Assembly: GCA_964458395.1 (NCBI GenBank)
Contig: CAYWIP010000002.1
Span: 7,876-71,875 of the forward strand
Length of the DNA: 64,000 nucleotides
Direction of reading: 5' to 3'
Source: an uncultured Ruminococcus sp.
Lineage (GTDB): Bacteria; Bacillota; Clostridia; Oscillospirales; Ruminococcaceae
Part shown: piece by piece, positions 1-8,197 of the stretch
How positions within the stretch are numbered: the first letter of the stretch is position 1
Layout: the number at the start of each line of letters is the position of its first letter
The notes under the pieces: generated by a model
What the model saw: the letters and a program-made list of their open reading frames with translations, nothing else
Told to the model about the DNA's origin: nothing
Database searches by the model: none
Translations under genes and position numbers: made by a program

Positions 1-345
1 GACGCTCTGGTGAGGATACTCGACGAGCCTAAAAACGCGCTTATCAAGCAGTATAAGACGCTGTTCAGGGCGGACGGTATCGAGTTGGAGTTCGACGAGG
101 AGGCAAAACGCGCTATCGCGAAAAAGGCTATCGAAACCAAGACGGGCGCACGCGGACTGCGTTCAATCGTTGAGGATACGCTGCGCGAGGTTATGTTCAC
201 CGCGCCGAGCGATTCGACAATCACGAAGATCACAATTACGGTCGGCTGCGTGAACGGAGAGGGCAAGCCGCTGATTTCTCGCGATGAAGCGAGAACAAAG
301 CCGTTTGCCAAGCCGGCAAAAAAGACGATCAAGAAAATAGGCTGA
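1..345 (+). CDS. clpX: ATP-dependent Clp protease ATP-binding subunit ClpX, C-terminal part (5' truncated by window)
   Basis: [13 protein letters not shown]...[12 protein letters not shown] is the ClpX C-terminal signature; frame open from base 1. Confidence 0.95.
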   Translation, partial: DALVRILDEPKNALIKQYKTLFRADGIELEFDEEAKRAIAKKAIETKTGARGLRSIVEDTLREVMFTAPSDSTITKITITVGCVNGEGKPLISRDEARTKPFAKPAKKTIKKIG

Positions 346-352
346 TTTTTTT

Positions 353-385
353 AAGGCAATGCCGCACGGTGTTGCCTTTTGTTTT
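353..385 (+). terminator. Intrinsic terminator after clpX
   Basis: aaggcaatgcc-gcac-ggtgttgcctt hairpin followed by a T-rich run. Confidence 0.6.
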
Positions 386-425
386 AGAAACTGACTGTTT
401 CCGAACCGAAAAAAAGGAGAAAACT

Positions 426-1340
426 ATGGGAAGGGTTTACAGAAAACAGACGATAGAGGGTGTGACAGTTCCCGCGATAATCAGGAACGGCAGCTATTTC
501 TGGCACAGCATGGCGGTCTACGAGGACGGTACGGTGAGCTGCTGGGAAAAGGTCGACCTGAGCGGCGTTCCGCAGAAGCTCACCTCGGGGTGGCTTCAAT
601 TCTCTGTTCCGGAGGGCGGGGAGCTTAGTATTCACTCGCTTTGCAGCGTTAAAATTCTGTCCGCGGACTGGCGCTTTAACGCGAAAAGCTATTATGACTA
701 CATCGTTGAAACGGTGCGTTCGATAAATCCCGAAATGGAAAATATTTACAAGACCACTCAGCGCGAGCGTGACAAGTGGAAAAAATACCATGTAGCATTT
801 ACCGCAAGTCCCATTCCGTGCAAGATGAATGGCAGTTTCGGCTACGACTTGCTTGACGGCGACAATGCGCGTATCTTTCTGCGCAAGGACGGAAAGCTGC
901 TTCTGACCGAGCTGTACGCCTACAAGGACGGAACGTTTTCGGTCGACGGTCTGAGCGAGGATTACCTTTCTTTCGAGGATATCACGAAACTGTTCAATGA
1001 TAAGACGCTCCGTACCGCTCCCGGAAAGGGCGAAGCAGTGAGCTTCGGCGCTCTCGGCGAGGCCGAGGTCGAGGTGATGCACAAGCCCGTTTCGTATAAG
1101 CAGAAGCTTGCCGAACTGGAGAACAAATCGCTCCGCGTTCAGAATAAACCAGACGCGCACGACCGCTGCATAGCCGCATATCACGCGTATCTCGTTGAGC
1201 CTACCGATTTTTACAGGGAACGGCTTCGCGAGGCTTACGAAGCCGTTCCCGAGCATGAGCGCTGCTATCTCGGCGATATGGACACGCGCGACGGCGATTT
1301 TCGGCGGATACTTTACACCAACGACAAGAGGGAAGTGTGA
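426..1340 (+). CDS. Uncharacterised protein with two imperfect internal repeats and a helical C-terminal domain
   Basis: ATG426 preceded by AAGGAG; repeats IIRNGSYFWHSMAVYEDGT and FLRKDGKLLLTELYAYKDGT; C-terminus AYEAVPEHERCYLGDMD. Confidence 0.85.
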   Translation: MGRVYRKQTIEGVTVPAIIRNGSYFWHSMAVYEDGTVSCWEKVDLSGVPQKLTSGWLQFSVPEGGELSIHSLCSVKILSADWRFNAKSYYDYIVETVRSINPEMENIYKTTQRERDKWKKYHVAFTASPIPCKMNGSFGYDLLDGDNARIFLRKDGKLLLTELYAYKDGTFSVDGLSEDYLSFEDITKLFNDKTLRTAPGKGEAVSFGALGEAEVEVMHKPVSYKQKLAELENKSLRVQNKPDAHDRCIAAYHAYLVEPTDFYRERLREAYEAVPEHERCYLGDMDTRDGDFRRILYTNDKREV

Positions 1341-1651
1341 CCGTGACTACTTTTGAGAAGATATATGAAATCGTGAGGAAGATACCGCGCGGCAGGGTCG
1401 CGACCTACGGGCAGATAGCGCAGCTTGCGGGGAACTCCAAATGGGCGAGGGCGGTCGGCTACGCGCTTCACGCAAACCCCGACCCCGACGGGATACCGTG
1501 CTACCGTGTAGTGAACCGTTTCGGAGGGCTTGCGCCCGCGTTTGCGTTCGGAGGGATAAATGTTCAGGCGGATATGCTCAGGGCGGACGGGATAGAGGTT
1601 CGCGGCGACAACACCGTCGACCTTGAAAAATATCTTTGGAACGGGCTGTAA
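1337..1651 (+). CDS. MGMT/alkyltransferase-like DNA-binding protein (single domain)
   Basis: IPRGRVATYGQIA...ARAVG...PCYRVV; GTGA overlap with upstream stop. Confidence 0.9.
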   Translation: MTVTTFEKIYEIVRKIPRGRVATYGQIAQLAGNSKWARAVGYALHANPDPDGIPCYRVVNRFGGLAPAFAFGGINVQADMLRADGIEVRGDNTVDLEKYLWNGL

Positions 1652-1708
1652 TATTTTGGGGTAAAACGGATTTTTTTCACAAAATAAGGACAAATTTTGT
1701 AAAATGTA

Positions 1709-1737
1709 TTGATTTTTTGGCGGAAATATGAGATAAT
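1709..1737 (+). promoter_or_regulatory. SigA-type promoter of the P-type-ATPase-like operon
   Basis: TTGATT-17-GATAAT with TG extended -10; imperfect AT-rich inverted repeat just upstream (about 1674-1704). Confidence 0.6.
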
Positions 1738-1781
1738 AAAAAAGAGTGTACTTGCATTATATTTAGAGAAAGAAGTTTTTT

Positions 1782-4250
1782 ATGGCAAAGTTTTTTAATT
1801 TTGAGGAGGACTACTACGGTCTATCCGCAAATGAAATTGAAAAGAAGCTGTCAATGTACGGCTTGAATACATACACCAAGGCTCCGCGCGCGTTTATGGG
1901 ATTTTCCTGTGCGGACGTTCTGCTGTCGCCGTCGGTGCTGCTTATGTTTATCGCAGGCGTGCTGTGCTTTTTCGGCGCGGGTATCGGAATGGGAATTGCG
2001 GTGCTGCTGATAGACGCGTTCTACGCCGTAATGGAGATACATTTCCGAAAGTCGGCTGACGACCGTCTTGACGAGATCGAGGAAACTACCGCAATGAAGT
2101 TCCGCGTTATCCGCGCGGGCAGGCTGGAACTTGTCGAAAAGGAGTTTATCGTGCCCGAGGACACTATCGTCGTGCAGGCGGGGGAGCGTGTTCCGGCGGA
2201 CGCGTTCATTCTCGAGTCGCGCGACCTTACCGTTGACGAGGGCATATTCACCGGGAACAGCACTCCCGTCGCGAAGTACGTCGGAGCAATGGCAAAGGGC
2301 GATCTTAAGCCGACGTTTGTGTACAGCGGTACGATGATAATTTCGGGTATCGCGGTGTGCAAGGTCAGCGCTACCGGGGTTGACACCAAGTATTTCCGGA
2401 ATTTCGGCGAGGAGCCGGATCGTCACCCGTATTACACCAACCTCGAAAGGGTAGTGCGTTCGATAGTTCCGCTTTGCAGCGTTATAGCGCTGGCGCTTAC
2501 TATTGCCATAATCGTTATCAAAATGGTATCGGGCGGCGAGATTATTTCATCCGCGCTGAGCGGCGTCACGCTGGGGCTGTGCTTTATTCCGACGGGAATA
2601 GGCTCGGTCATCAGGCTATACTATACCAAGGGCGCAATGAGCCTTATCAAGGGCGGCGCGGTGGTAAAGTCGCTCTCCGATATCGAGAAGCTGAACTCCC
2701 TGTCCGTGCTGTGCGTGGAAAAGGAGGGCGCTATCTCCAGAAATTCCCCCGAGGTAAGGGGAGTGTACGCGAGAAGCGAGGAGCTGTTGTACAAGGTCTC
2801 GGCGCTCGCGTGCGAGCCGAACACCGTAGACCCCGCCGAGCGCGCTCTTATGGTAAAGGCGACATTCTTTGACGAGAAGATAGCGGACGTTTACACCGAC
2901 AACATTTTCATTGAGAAGATAACCGACACGGGCGAAGCAATAAGCGGCGCGGTCTGGAACGTCGGCGGCGGAAGACTCTGCTGCATAAAGGGAATTCCCG
3001 AGCAGATACTTCCGATGTGCAGACTGAGCGGCGACGCGCTGTTTTCGGCGCAGAAGAAATATGAGAGCTACTATTCCAAGGGCTGGAGCGTTATGGCGGT
3101 GGCGTGTGTTGACTCCGACACCGAGAATATGGACGTAACGGCGGGTTTTTCGTATACTTTCGTCGGGTTCGTGGCTTTTTCCGCTCCGCTTCGGGATTCG
3201 GTATCGGCTGCGGTAAAGACCTGCCGCCGCGCGGGAGTCCGCGTTGTTATGCTGACCGAGGAAAACCCGAGCGTCGCCGAGTCCACGGGCAAGATGATAG
3301 GACTTTCCACGAACGCGGTCATTACAGGAAAGCAGATCAAGGAATCGCTGGACTACGGCACCCCGCTCAATTTCGACGCGGATATTTACGCTAAATTAAC
3401 TCCGGAACAGAAGCTTTACGTTATCGGAAAGCTCAAGGAGAACGGCGAGGTCGTGGCGATGACAGGCACCCGTACGGGCGACGCGGAGGCTCTGGAGGCG
3501 GCGGATGTTGGCATCACCATTTCGCAGCATTCGGCGGGCAGCGCATACGAGGCTGCCGACGTGATAATGAACGACGACAATTTCTCGACGATAGCGGATA
3601 TGATCGCCGCCGCAAGGCAGGTTCACCGCAACATAAAGCGCGCGGTCTCGTTTATGATCTCGGGATATGTCGGATTGATGATCCTCATCACGATAAACCT
3701 GTTCAGCGATACGCAGCTTATGCTCACGCCCGCGATAATCGCGCTTGTAACAATGATCTTCCTGCCGTTTACGGGGCTCGGATATGTGGGCTGCCGCTCG
3801 GATATGAAGTCGGTAATGCCGCCGTCCGATTTCGTTGCCGACCGCAAGATAAACTATCGGTTTATCGGTATGTCTGCGCTGTTCGGCGCGCTGTCCGGCG
3901 CGGTCGCAATTGCCTCCTATCTGCTTATGTATGACGGCACGAATTTCGCGCCCGCGAGAAGCTGCGCGCTTATTTCCTATTCGGTATGCTCGGCGGCGTT
4001 CGCCGTGCTTCGTCACTCGGATGAATCGCCGATAAAAACGTTCCTCGGCTCGGATATGATATCGAAGATATCCGTTGCGCTGTTCGCGTTTTTGCCGATG
4101 CTGCTGGTGTTTATTCCTTTTGTGAACGCCGCGTTCGGCTTTGCGGCAATTGACGTTCTGGCGCTGCTTATCAGCACCGCAACGGGAATCCTTCCCGCGG
4201 CGGCATACTTCTTCATAAGTCATTTCATCAAATTCGATCATCAAGACTGA
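1782..4250 (+). CDS. P-type (P2-like) cation ATPase homolog, predicted catalytically inactive
   Basis: P-type layout (GERVPADA, KGIPE, PEQK, DVG, about 10 TMs) but DKTGT->EKEGA, TGES->TGNS, TGD->TEE, GDGxND->GTRTGD, PEG->PTG. Confidence 0.9.
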   Translation: MAKFFNFEEDYYGLSANEIEKKLSMYGLNTYTKAPRAFMGFSCADVLLSPSVLLMFIAGVLCFFGAGIGMGIAVLLIDAFYAVMEIHFRKSADDRLDEIEETTAMKFRVIRAGRLELVEKEFIVPEDTIVVQAGERVPADAFILESRDLTVDEGIFTGNSTPVAKYVGAMAKGDLKPTFVYSGTMIISGIAVCKVSATGVDTKYFRNFGEEPDRHPYYTNLERVVRSIVPLCSVIALALTIAIIVIKMVSGGEIISSALSGVTLGLCFIPTGIGSVIRLYYTKGAMSLIKGGAVVKSLSDIEKLNSLSVLCVEKEGAISRNSPEVRGVYARSEELLYKVSALACEPNTVDPAERALMVKATFFDEKIADVYTDNIFIEKITDTGEAISGAVWNVGGGRLCCIKGIPEQILPMCRLSGDALFSAQKKYESYYSKGWSVMAVACVDSDTENMDVTAGFSYTFVGFVAFSAPLRDSVSAAVKTCRRAGVRVVMLTEENPSVAESTGKMIGLSTNAVITGKQIKESLDYGTPLNFDADIYAKLTPEQKLYVIGKLKENGEVVAMTGTRTGDAEALEAADVGITISQHSAGSAYEAADVIMNDDNFSTIADMIAAARQVHRNIKRAVSFMISGYVGLMILITINLFSDTQLMLTPAIIALVTMIFLPFTGLGYVGCRSDMKSVMPPSDFVADRKINYRFIGMSALFGALSGAVAIASYLLMYDGTNFAPARSCALISYSVCSAAFAVLRHSDESPIKTFLGSDMISKISVALFAFLPMLLVFIPFVNAAFGFAAIDVLALLISTATGILPAAAYFFISHFIKFDHQD

Positions 4251-4268
4251 TTTCACTAAGGAGCAATC

Positions 4269-5111
4269 ATGAAAAAATTTATCGAGTATCTGAGATATTT
4301 CCTTTGCGGACTGGTTTTCGGCACGGCGAACGTTATCCCCGGAGTGAGCGGCGGCACTATGCTGGTCGTTTTCGGAGTGTTCGACAGGCTTACCGAGGCT
4401 ATTTCGGGCATTAAAAAGATATTTGAAAACTTTTGGTTTCTTTTCACATTCGCGCTCGGAGCGGGCGGCGGTATAATCCTCTCGTCGTTTGTCATTTCGT
4501 CGCTGTTTCAGAGCTTTGGCGTGCAGACGAATATGTTCTTTATCGGGCTGATTCTGGGCGGGGTGCCGCTTATCTACAAATTCGGAACCGAGGAGCAAAA
4601 GGTGAAGCCCTCGTGTATCGTGCCGTTCGTTATCGCAATGGCGGTCGTTATCGGGCTGACGGTTCTGGAGAAAATGAACGTGTTCAAGCTTGCTCCCGAC
4701 GTTGTAACGGGCTTCGACCTTGTTATCTCGCTGAAGCTTGTGGTCTGCGCGGCGATAGCGGCGGTGACTATGATAATCCCGGGTATCTCCGGCTCGTTCG
4801 TTATGATGCTGCTTGGAGTTTATGAAACGATAATCGGCGCTATCAAGGATATGAATTTCTTTGTGATCATTCCGTTCGCGATAGGTGCGGTGATAGGCAT
4901 TATCGGCGGCGCGAAGCTCATCTCGATGCTGATAAGGAAAAACAAGCTTATGGTGTATTCGGCGCTTATGGGCTTGGTTATAGGCTCGGTTTACGCGATA
5001 CTTCCCGACGGCTTCGGGTTCAATCTGCAAACGGGCTACGGGTTCGCGTGCGCGCTGTTCGGGGTATTGGCGGCGCTGCTTGTTGAAAAACTCGGCAAAA
5101 CGGAGAGTTAA
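4269..5111 (+). CDS. DUF368 family membrane protein (undecaprenyl-phosphate translocase family)
   Basis: Paired motifs ANVIPGVSGGT and MIIPGISGS; multi-TM; AAGGAG RBS. Confidence 0.9.
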   Translation: MKKFIEYLRYFLCGLVFGTANVIPGVSGGTMLVVFGVFDRLTEAISGIKKIFENFWFLFTFALGAGGGIILSSFVISSLFQSFGVQTNMFFIGLILGGVPLIYKFGTEEQKVKPSCIVPFVIAMAVVIGLTVLEKMNVFKLAPDVVTGFDLVISLKLVVCAAIAAVTMIIPGISGSFVMMLLGVYETIIGAIKDMNFFVIIPFAIGAVIGIIGGAKLISMLIRKNKLMVYSALMGLVIGSVYAILPDGFGFNLQTGYGFACALFGVLAALLVEKLGKTES

Positions 5112-5131
5112 AAAAAGGAACGATCGATCAA

Positions 5132-6127
5132 ATGGCATTATCAAAGGAAGAAAGCCTCAGAAGGCGTAAGCGCAGGCAGATGATCAAGGATATCCGAAGC
5201 ACTATTCTGTTTGTGCTGCTGGCTGCGGCTTTCTTTTTTCGGCTTAACGATGCGGTGCTGCATATTGAGAACGTCCCGTCGTCCTATGACGTTCTGCGTT
5301 TTTTTGGCGGAGGAGCGAAGCCGTATGTTCGTCTTGCCGAAAACGAGATCTCGGTGAGCTTTATTGACGTTGGTCAGGGCGACTGCGAGCTTATCATGAC
5401 GGGAAACTACAATATCCTTATCGACAGCGGCGACGTAATGACCGTTGATAAAACTATCGGTTTTCTGCGTTCAAGCGGAGTAAAGAGGCTTGATATCGTT
5501 ATCGTAACGCACCCTCACGACGACCATTTCGGCGGAATGTCAGAGATTTTGAAGAGCTTTCCGGTCGGAACGGTCATTATGCCCGAAACGGATACGCGCG
5601 GCAGCTCGTATGAAAAGCTGGTGAGCGCCGTCCGTGACTGCAATATCACGCTTCGTTACGCTGCTCCGGGAGAGCGTTTCGTCCTCGGGGAGAACATCTT
5701 TCTGGATATCCTCGCGCCGCTGCACGACGATTACGACGAGGAAAACAACTTCTCGGTGGTGACAAGGCTGATTCACGGCGAAACGTCGTTTTTGTTTACG
5801 GGCGACCTCGAAAAGCTCGGCGAGCTTGACCTTATCGACGCGGACGTTTATCTCGATTCGGATGTGCTCAAGGTCGGACACCACGGCAGCGCGGGCTCAA
5901 GCTGCGCGGAGTTTCTGGAGCGCGTAACTCCGAGCATCGCCGTTTTCGAGGCGGGAGAGATAAACTATTACGGTCATCCGAGGAGCGAGGTGTTTGACAG
6001 GCTTGCGGCGGTCGGCTGCGAGGATACATATTCCACCGCAAACAACGGTAATGTCGTTATAGTCAGCGACGGCGTGGAGCTTCGCGTTGAAACCGAAAGG
6101 GAAGCGGCTTACACGCTTATACAATAA
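5132..6127 (+). CDS. ComEC/Rec2-like metallo-beta-lactamase-fold hydrolase with N-terminal membrane anchor
   Basis: FIDVGQGD, THPHDDH, LFTGD, LKVGHHGS, YGHP motifs. Confidence 0.9.
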   Translation: MALSKEESLRRRKRRQMIKDIRSTILFVLLAAAFFFRLNDAVLHIENVPSSYDVLRFFGGGAKPYVRLAENEISVSFIDVGQGDCELIMTGNYNILIDSGDVMTVDKTIGFLRSSGVKRLDIVIVTHPHDDHFGGMSEILKSFPVGTVIMPETDTRGSSYEKLVSAVRDCNITLRYAAPGERFVLGENIFLDILAPLHDDYDEENNFSVVTRLIHGETSFLFTGDLEKLGELDLIDADVYLDSDVLKVGHHGSAGSSCAEFLERVTPSIAVFEAGEINYYGHPRSEVFDRLAAVGCEDTYSTANNGNVVIVSDGVELRVETEREAAYTLIQ

Positions 6128-6151
6128 AAGCACCGCGTTCACGGTGCTTTT
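6126..6151. terminator. Bidirectional terminator between the MBL gene and ybaK
   Basis: aaaagcaccg-cgttca-cggtgctttt between convergent genes. Confidence 0.8.
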
Positions 6152-6153
6152 GT

Positions 6154-6633
6154 TTATTCTGCGATTATGTCGGCAAATTCTCCCGAGCAGGCTTTCACGA
6201 GGTCTTCGGGAGTTAATTCCAGCTGCAAGCCGAGCCGCCCGCCGCTGACTATCATACGCTCCAGCGAACGGGCGCTCTCATGAATAACGGTTCGGTAGGG
6301 CTTTTTCATTCCGATAGGCGAGCAGCCGCCGCGTATGTAGCCCGTTACGGCGAGTATGTCCTTGACGTGAACGGGCGTGAGCGCTTTCTCCTCAACCGCC
6401 CGCGCGCATTTCTTCAAGTCCATTTCGCGGTCGACAGGCAGACAGAACACGTAATATTTTCCGCTTTTGCCGACCGTGACCAGCGTCTTGAACGTAGCAG
6501 CGCAGTCCTCGCCCAGAAGCTCCGCTATCTGTACGCCGTCAACGAAATTCTCACATTCGTAGGTGTGCGGGGTGTATGGAATTTTCAGTTTGTCGAGCAT
6601 ACGCATCGCGTTGGTTTTGTTGTCCTTTGCCAT
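6154..6633 (-). CDS. ybaK: Cys-tRNA(Pro) deacylase
   Basis: KTNAMRMLD, FKTLV, TGYIRGGCSPIG, SGGRLG. Confidence 0.93.
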   Translation of the reverse strand: MAKDNKTNAMRMLDKLKIPYTPHTYECENFVDGVQIAELLGEDCAATFKTLVTVGKSGKYYVFCLPVDREMDLKKCARAVEEKALTPVHVKDILAVTGYIRGGCSPIGMKKPYRTVIHESARSLERMIVSGGRLGLQLELTPEDLVKACSGEFADIIAE

Positions 6634-6650
6634 TTGAATTCTCCCATAAC

Positions 6651-6688
6651 AAAAGCGCCCCGAGCGAGCCTTTTTTGCTCGGAGCGGT
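6651..6688 (-). terminator. Terminator-like hairpin between the small peptide gene and ybaK
   Basis: Minus strand: cgctccgagc-aaaaaaggctc-gctcggggcg then cttttgtt. Confidence 0.5.
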
Positions 6689-6709
6689 GTATTGTTCCGT
6701 TAAGACGAT

Positions 6710-6847
6710 TTAGATCTCGTCGTCGTCAATGTCCAGATCCCACTTATCGAACAGCTCGGTCTTGCCAAGCAGGAAATACGCGACAGCCGCCGCAGCCATA
6801 GCCGCAATTGCGATAATGCCCGAGATAATAACGATTTTCTTAGTCAT
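6710..6847 (-). CDS. 45-aa single-pass membrane peptide with acidic tail (missing from the ORF track)
   Basis: MTKKIVIISGIIAIAAMAAAAVAYFLLGKTELFDKWDLDIDDDEI; AGGAGG RBS; start overlaps the DUF4291 stop. Confidence 0.8.
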   Translation of the reverse strand: MTKKIVIISGIIAIAAMAAAAVAYFLLGKTELFDKWDLDIDDDEI

Positions 6848-7409
6848 AATGATCCTCCTGTTTAACCGTATAAATTTGTTCATTCGGAAGTAATTCCGTA
6901 ATATCCGTGCCGTTTTGACGCTTTTTGTTCAGCTCATGAACATAGTCCGTGATATCGGTAACGCCGACTATCCAGCTTGAAACGTAGTCGCGAACGGCTT
7001 GTCCGCGCAGCCCGAGTTGAATTGAGCGGTACGGCAGCGAATTACCGGAAACATCCTTTTCGGGATCCCACTGTACCCGAATATCCGACTCCGCAACCTG
7101 CTTTTTCCATTCCTCCGCGGAAAGACCGCTCGCCCCGACTGACGAAGCGACGGCGTTATTCACCGCGAAGTCAAAGCCCGCGCGCGTAATGTCGATAGCG
7201 AGAACGCGTTCCTGACCGGGCTTTTCCGCCCAGCCGCAGCGGTACATCATCCAAAGGAACGACGGCTTTATCCATGTCATTCTCGTCAGCGAGAAGCGCC
7301 CGCCGAATGTTCCCAGCCGAACAGCCTCCTCCGCGATCGCAGGGCAGTACGCCTGATACACGCGGATCGTTTTCTCGTCATACACGGCGCGGATCTGCTT
7401 TAATTCCAT
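6840..7409 (-). CDS. DUF4291 family protein
   Basis: IRAVYDEKTIRVYQAY, RMTWIKPSFLWMMYRCGW, VQWDPE, RSIQLGL. Confidence 0.9.
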   Translation of the reverse strand: MELKQIRAVYDEKTIRVYQAYCPAIAEEAVRLGTFGGRFSLTRMTWIKPSFLWMMYRCGWAEKPGQERVLAIDITRAGFDFAVNNAVASSVGASGLSAEEWKKQVAESDIRVQWDPEKDVSGNSLPYRSIQLGLRGQAVRDYVSSWIVGVTDITDYVHELNKKRQNGTDITELLPNEQIYTVKQEDHYD

Positions 7410-8000
7410 TTACTGGAAACGTGCCGCGATATCCGCGATACCGTTGTCGTTGGTAGGCTCGCCGATAGCGCCGAACTTCCACTCGCCGTTGTAGCGGTAA
7501 ACCTCGCCGAAAATCATTGCTGTCTTGCCCTCGTAGTTCTCGGAAAGATTGTACTTGCAAAGCTCCGTGCCCGAGTCCGCGTCAACTATTCTGATAAACG
7601 CGTTGCGTATCATACCGAACTGCTGCTTGCGCTCTCTTGCCTGATAGATAGTTACCACGAAAACGATCTTATTGTACTCGGCTGGTACTTTGTTAAGCTC
7701 GACGATTATCTGCTCGTCGTCGCCGTCGCCCGCGCCCGTGAGGTTATCGCCGCAGTGACGGACAGCGCCGCTTCTGTGCTGAAGCTGACCGTAGTACACA
7801 ACGTCCACGGGACCCGTGAGCTTGCCCGTGCTTTCGGTAATGAGGATAGCCGACGCGTCGCAGTCGATATCCTCCTGCTTGTTGAACAGCGAGAATTTTT
7901 TGGGAGCCTCGTCCCAGCCCAATCCGACAACAAGGGATTTCAGCCCCGCGTTGCCCTTTGTAAGGTCAACCTTCTGACCCTTCTGAAGATTTACAGACAT
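7410..8000 (-). CDS. TerD family stress protein
   Basis: MSVNLQKGQKVDL, GLGWD, DCDAS, GDNLTGAGDGDDEQI, EWKFGAIG; AGGAGG RBS before ATG8000. Confidence 0.93.
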   Translation of the reverse strand: MSVNLQKGQKVDLTKGNAGLKSLVVGLGWDEAPKKFSLFNKQEDIDCDASAILITESTGKLTGPVDVVYYGQLQHRSGAVRHCGDNLTGAGDGDDEQIIVELNKVPAEYNKIVFVVTIYQARERKQQFGMIRNAFIRIVDADSGTELCKYNLSENYEGKTAMIFGEVYRYNGEWKFGAIGEPTNDNGIADIAARFQ

Positions 8001-8063
8001 ATTATTTCCTCCTAGGAATTTAAAATTCAACATACGGTCTATGTTGCATTGCCACACATTTTT

Positions 8064-8156
8064 ATTATACTACATTTTTTTCCAAAATGCAAGGGCAAGT
8101 TGAAAATTTGTTGTTTTATTTTGCCCATTGAAAATTTCACGCGGTTGTGATATAAT
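8064..8156. promoter_or_regulatory. Divergent SigA promoters (TerD operon on -, MATE gene on +)
   Basis: Minus TTGCAT-17-TATAAT; plus TTGAAA-17-TATAAT. Confidence 0.7.
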
Positions 8157-8197
8157 AAACGTTGTATGATATATTAACAAAAACGGGGACAAAACGG

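Noticed and set aside
3396-5144. Long antisense ORFs (582 aa here; also 16012-17343, 23363-24661, 52202-53407 and others)
   Set aside because: Shadows of real genes caused by GC-rich codon bias; no RBS and no recognisable motifs
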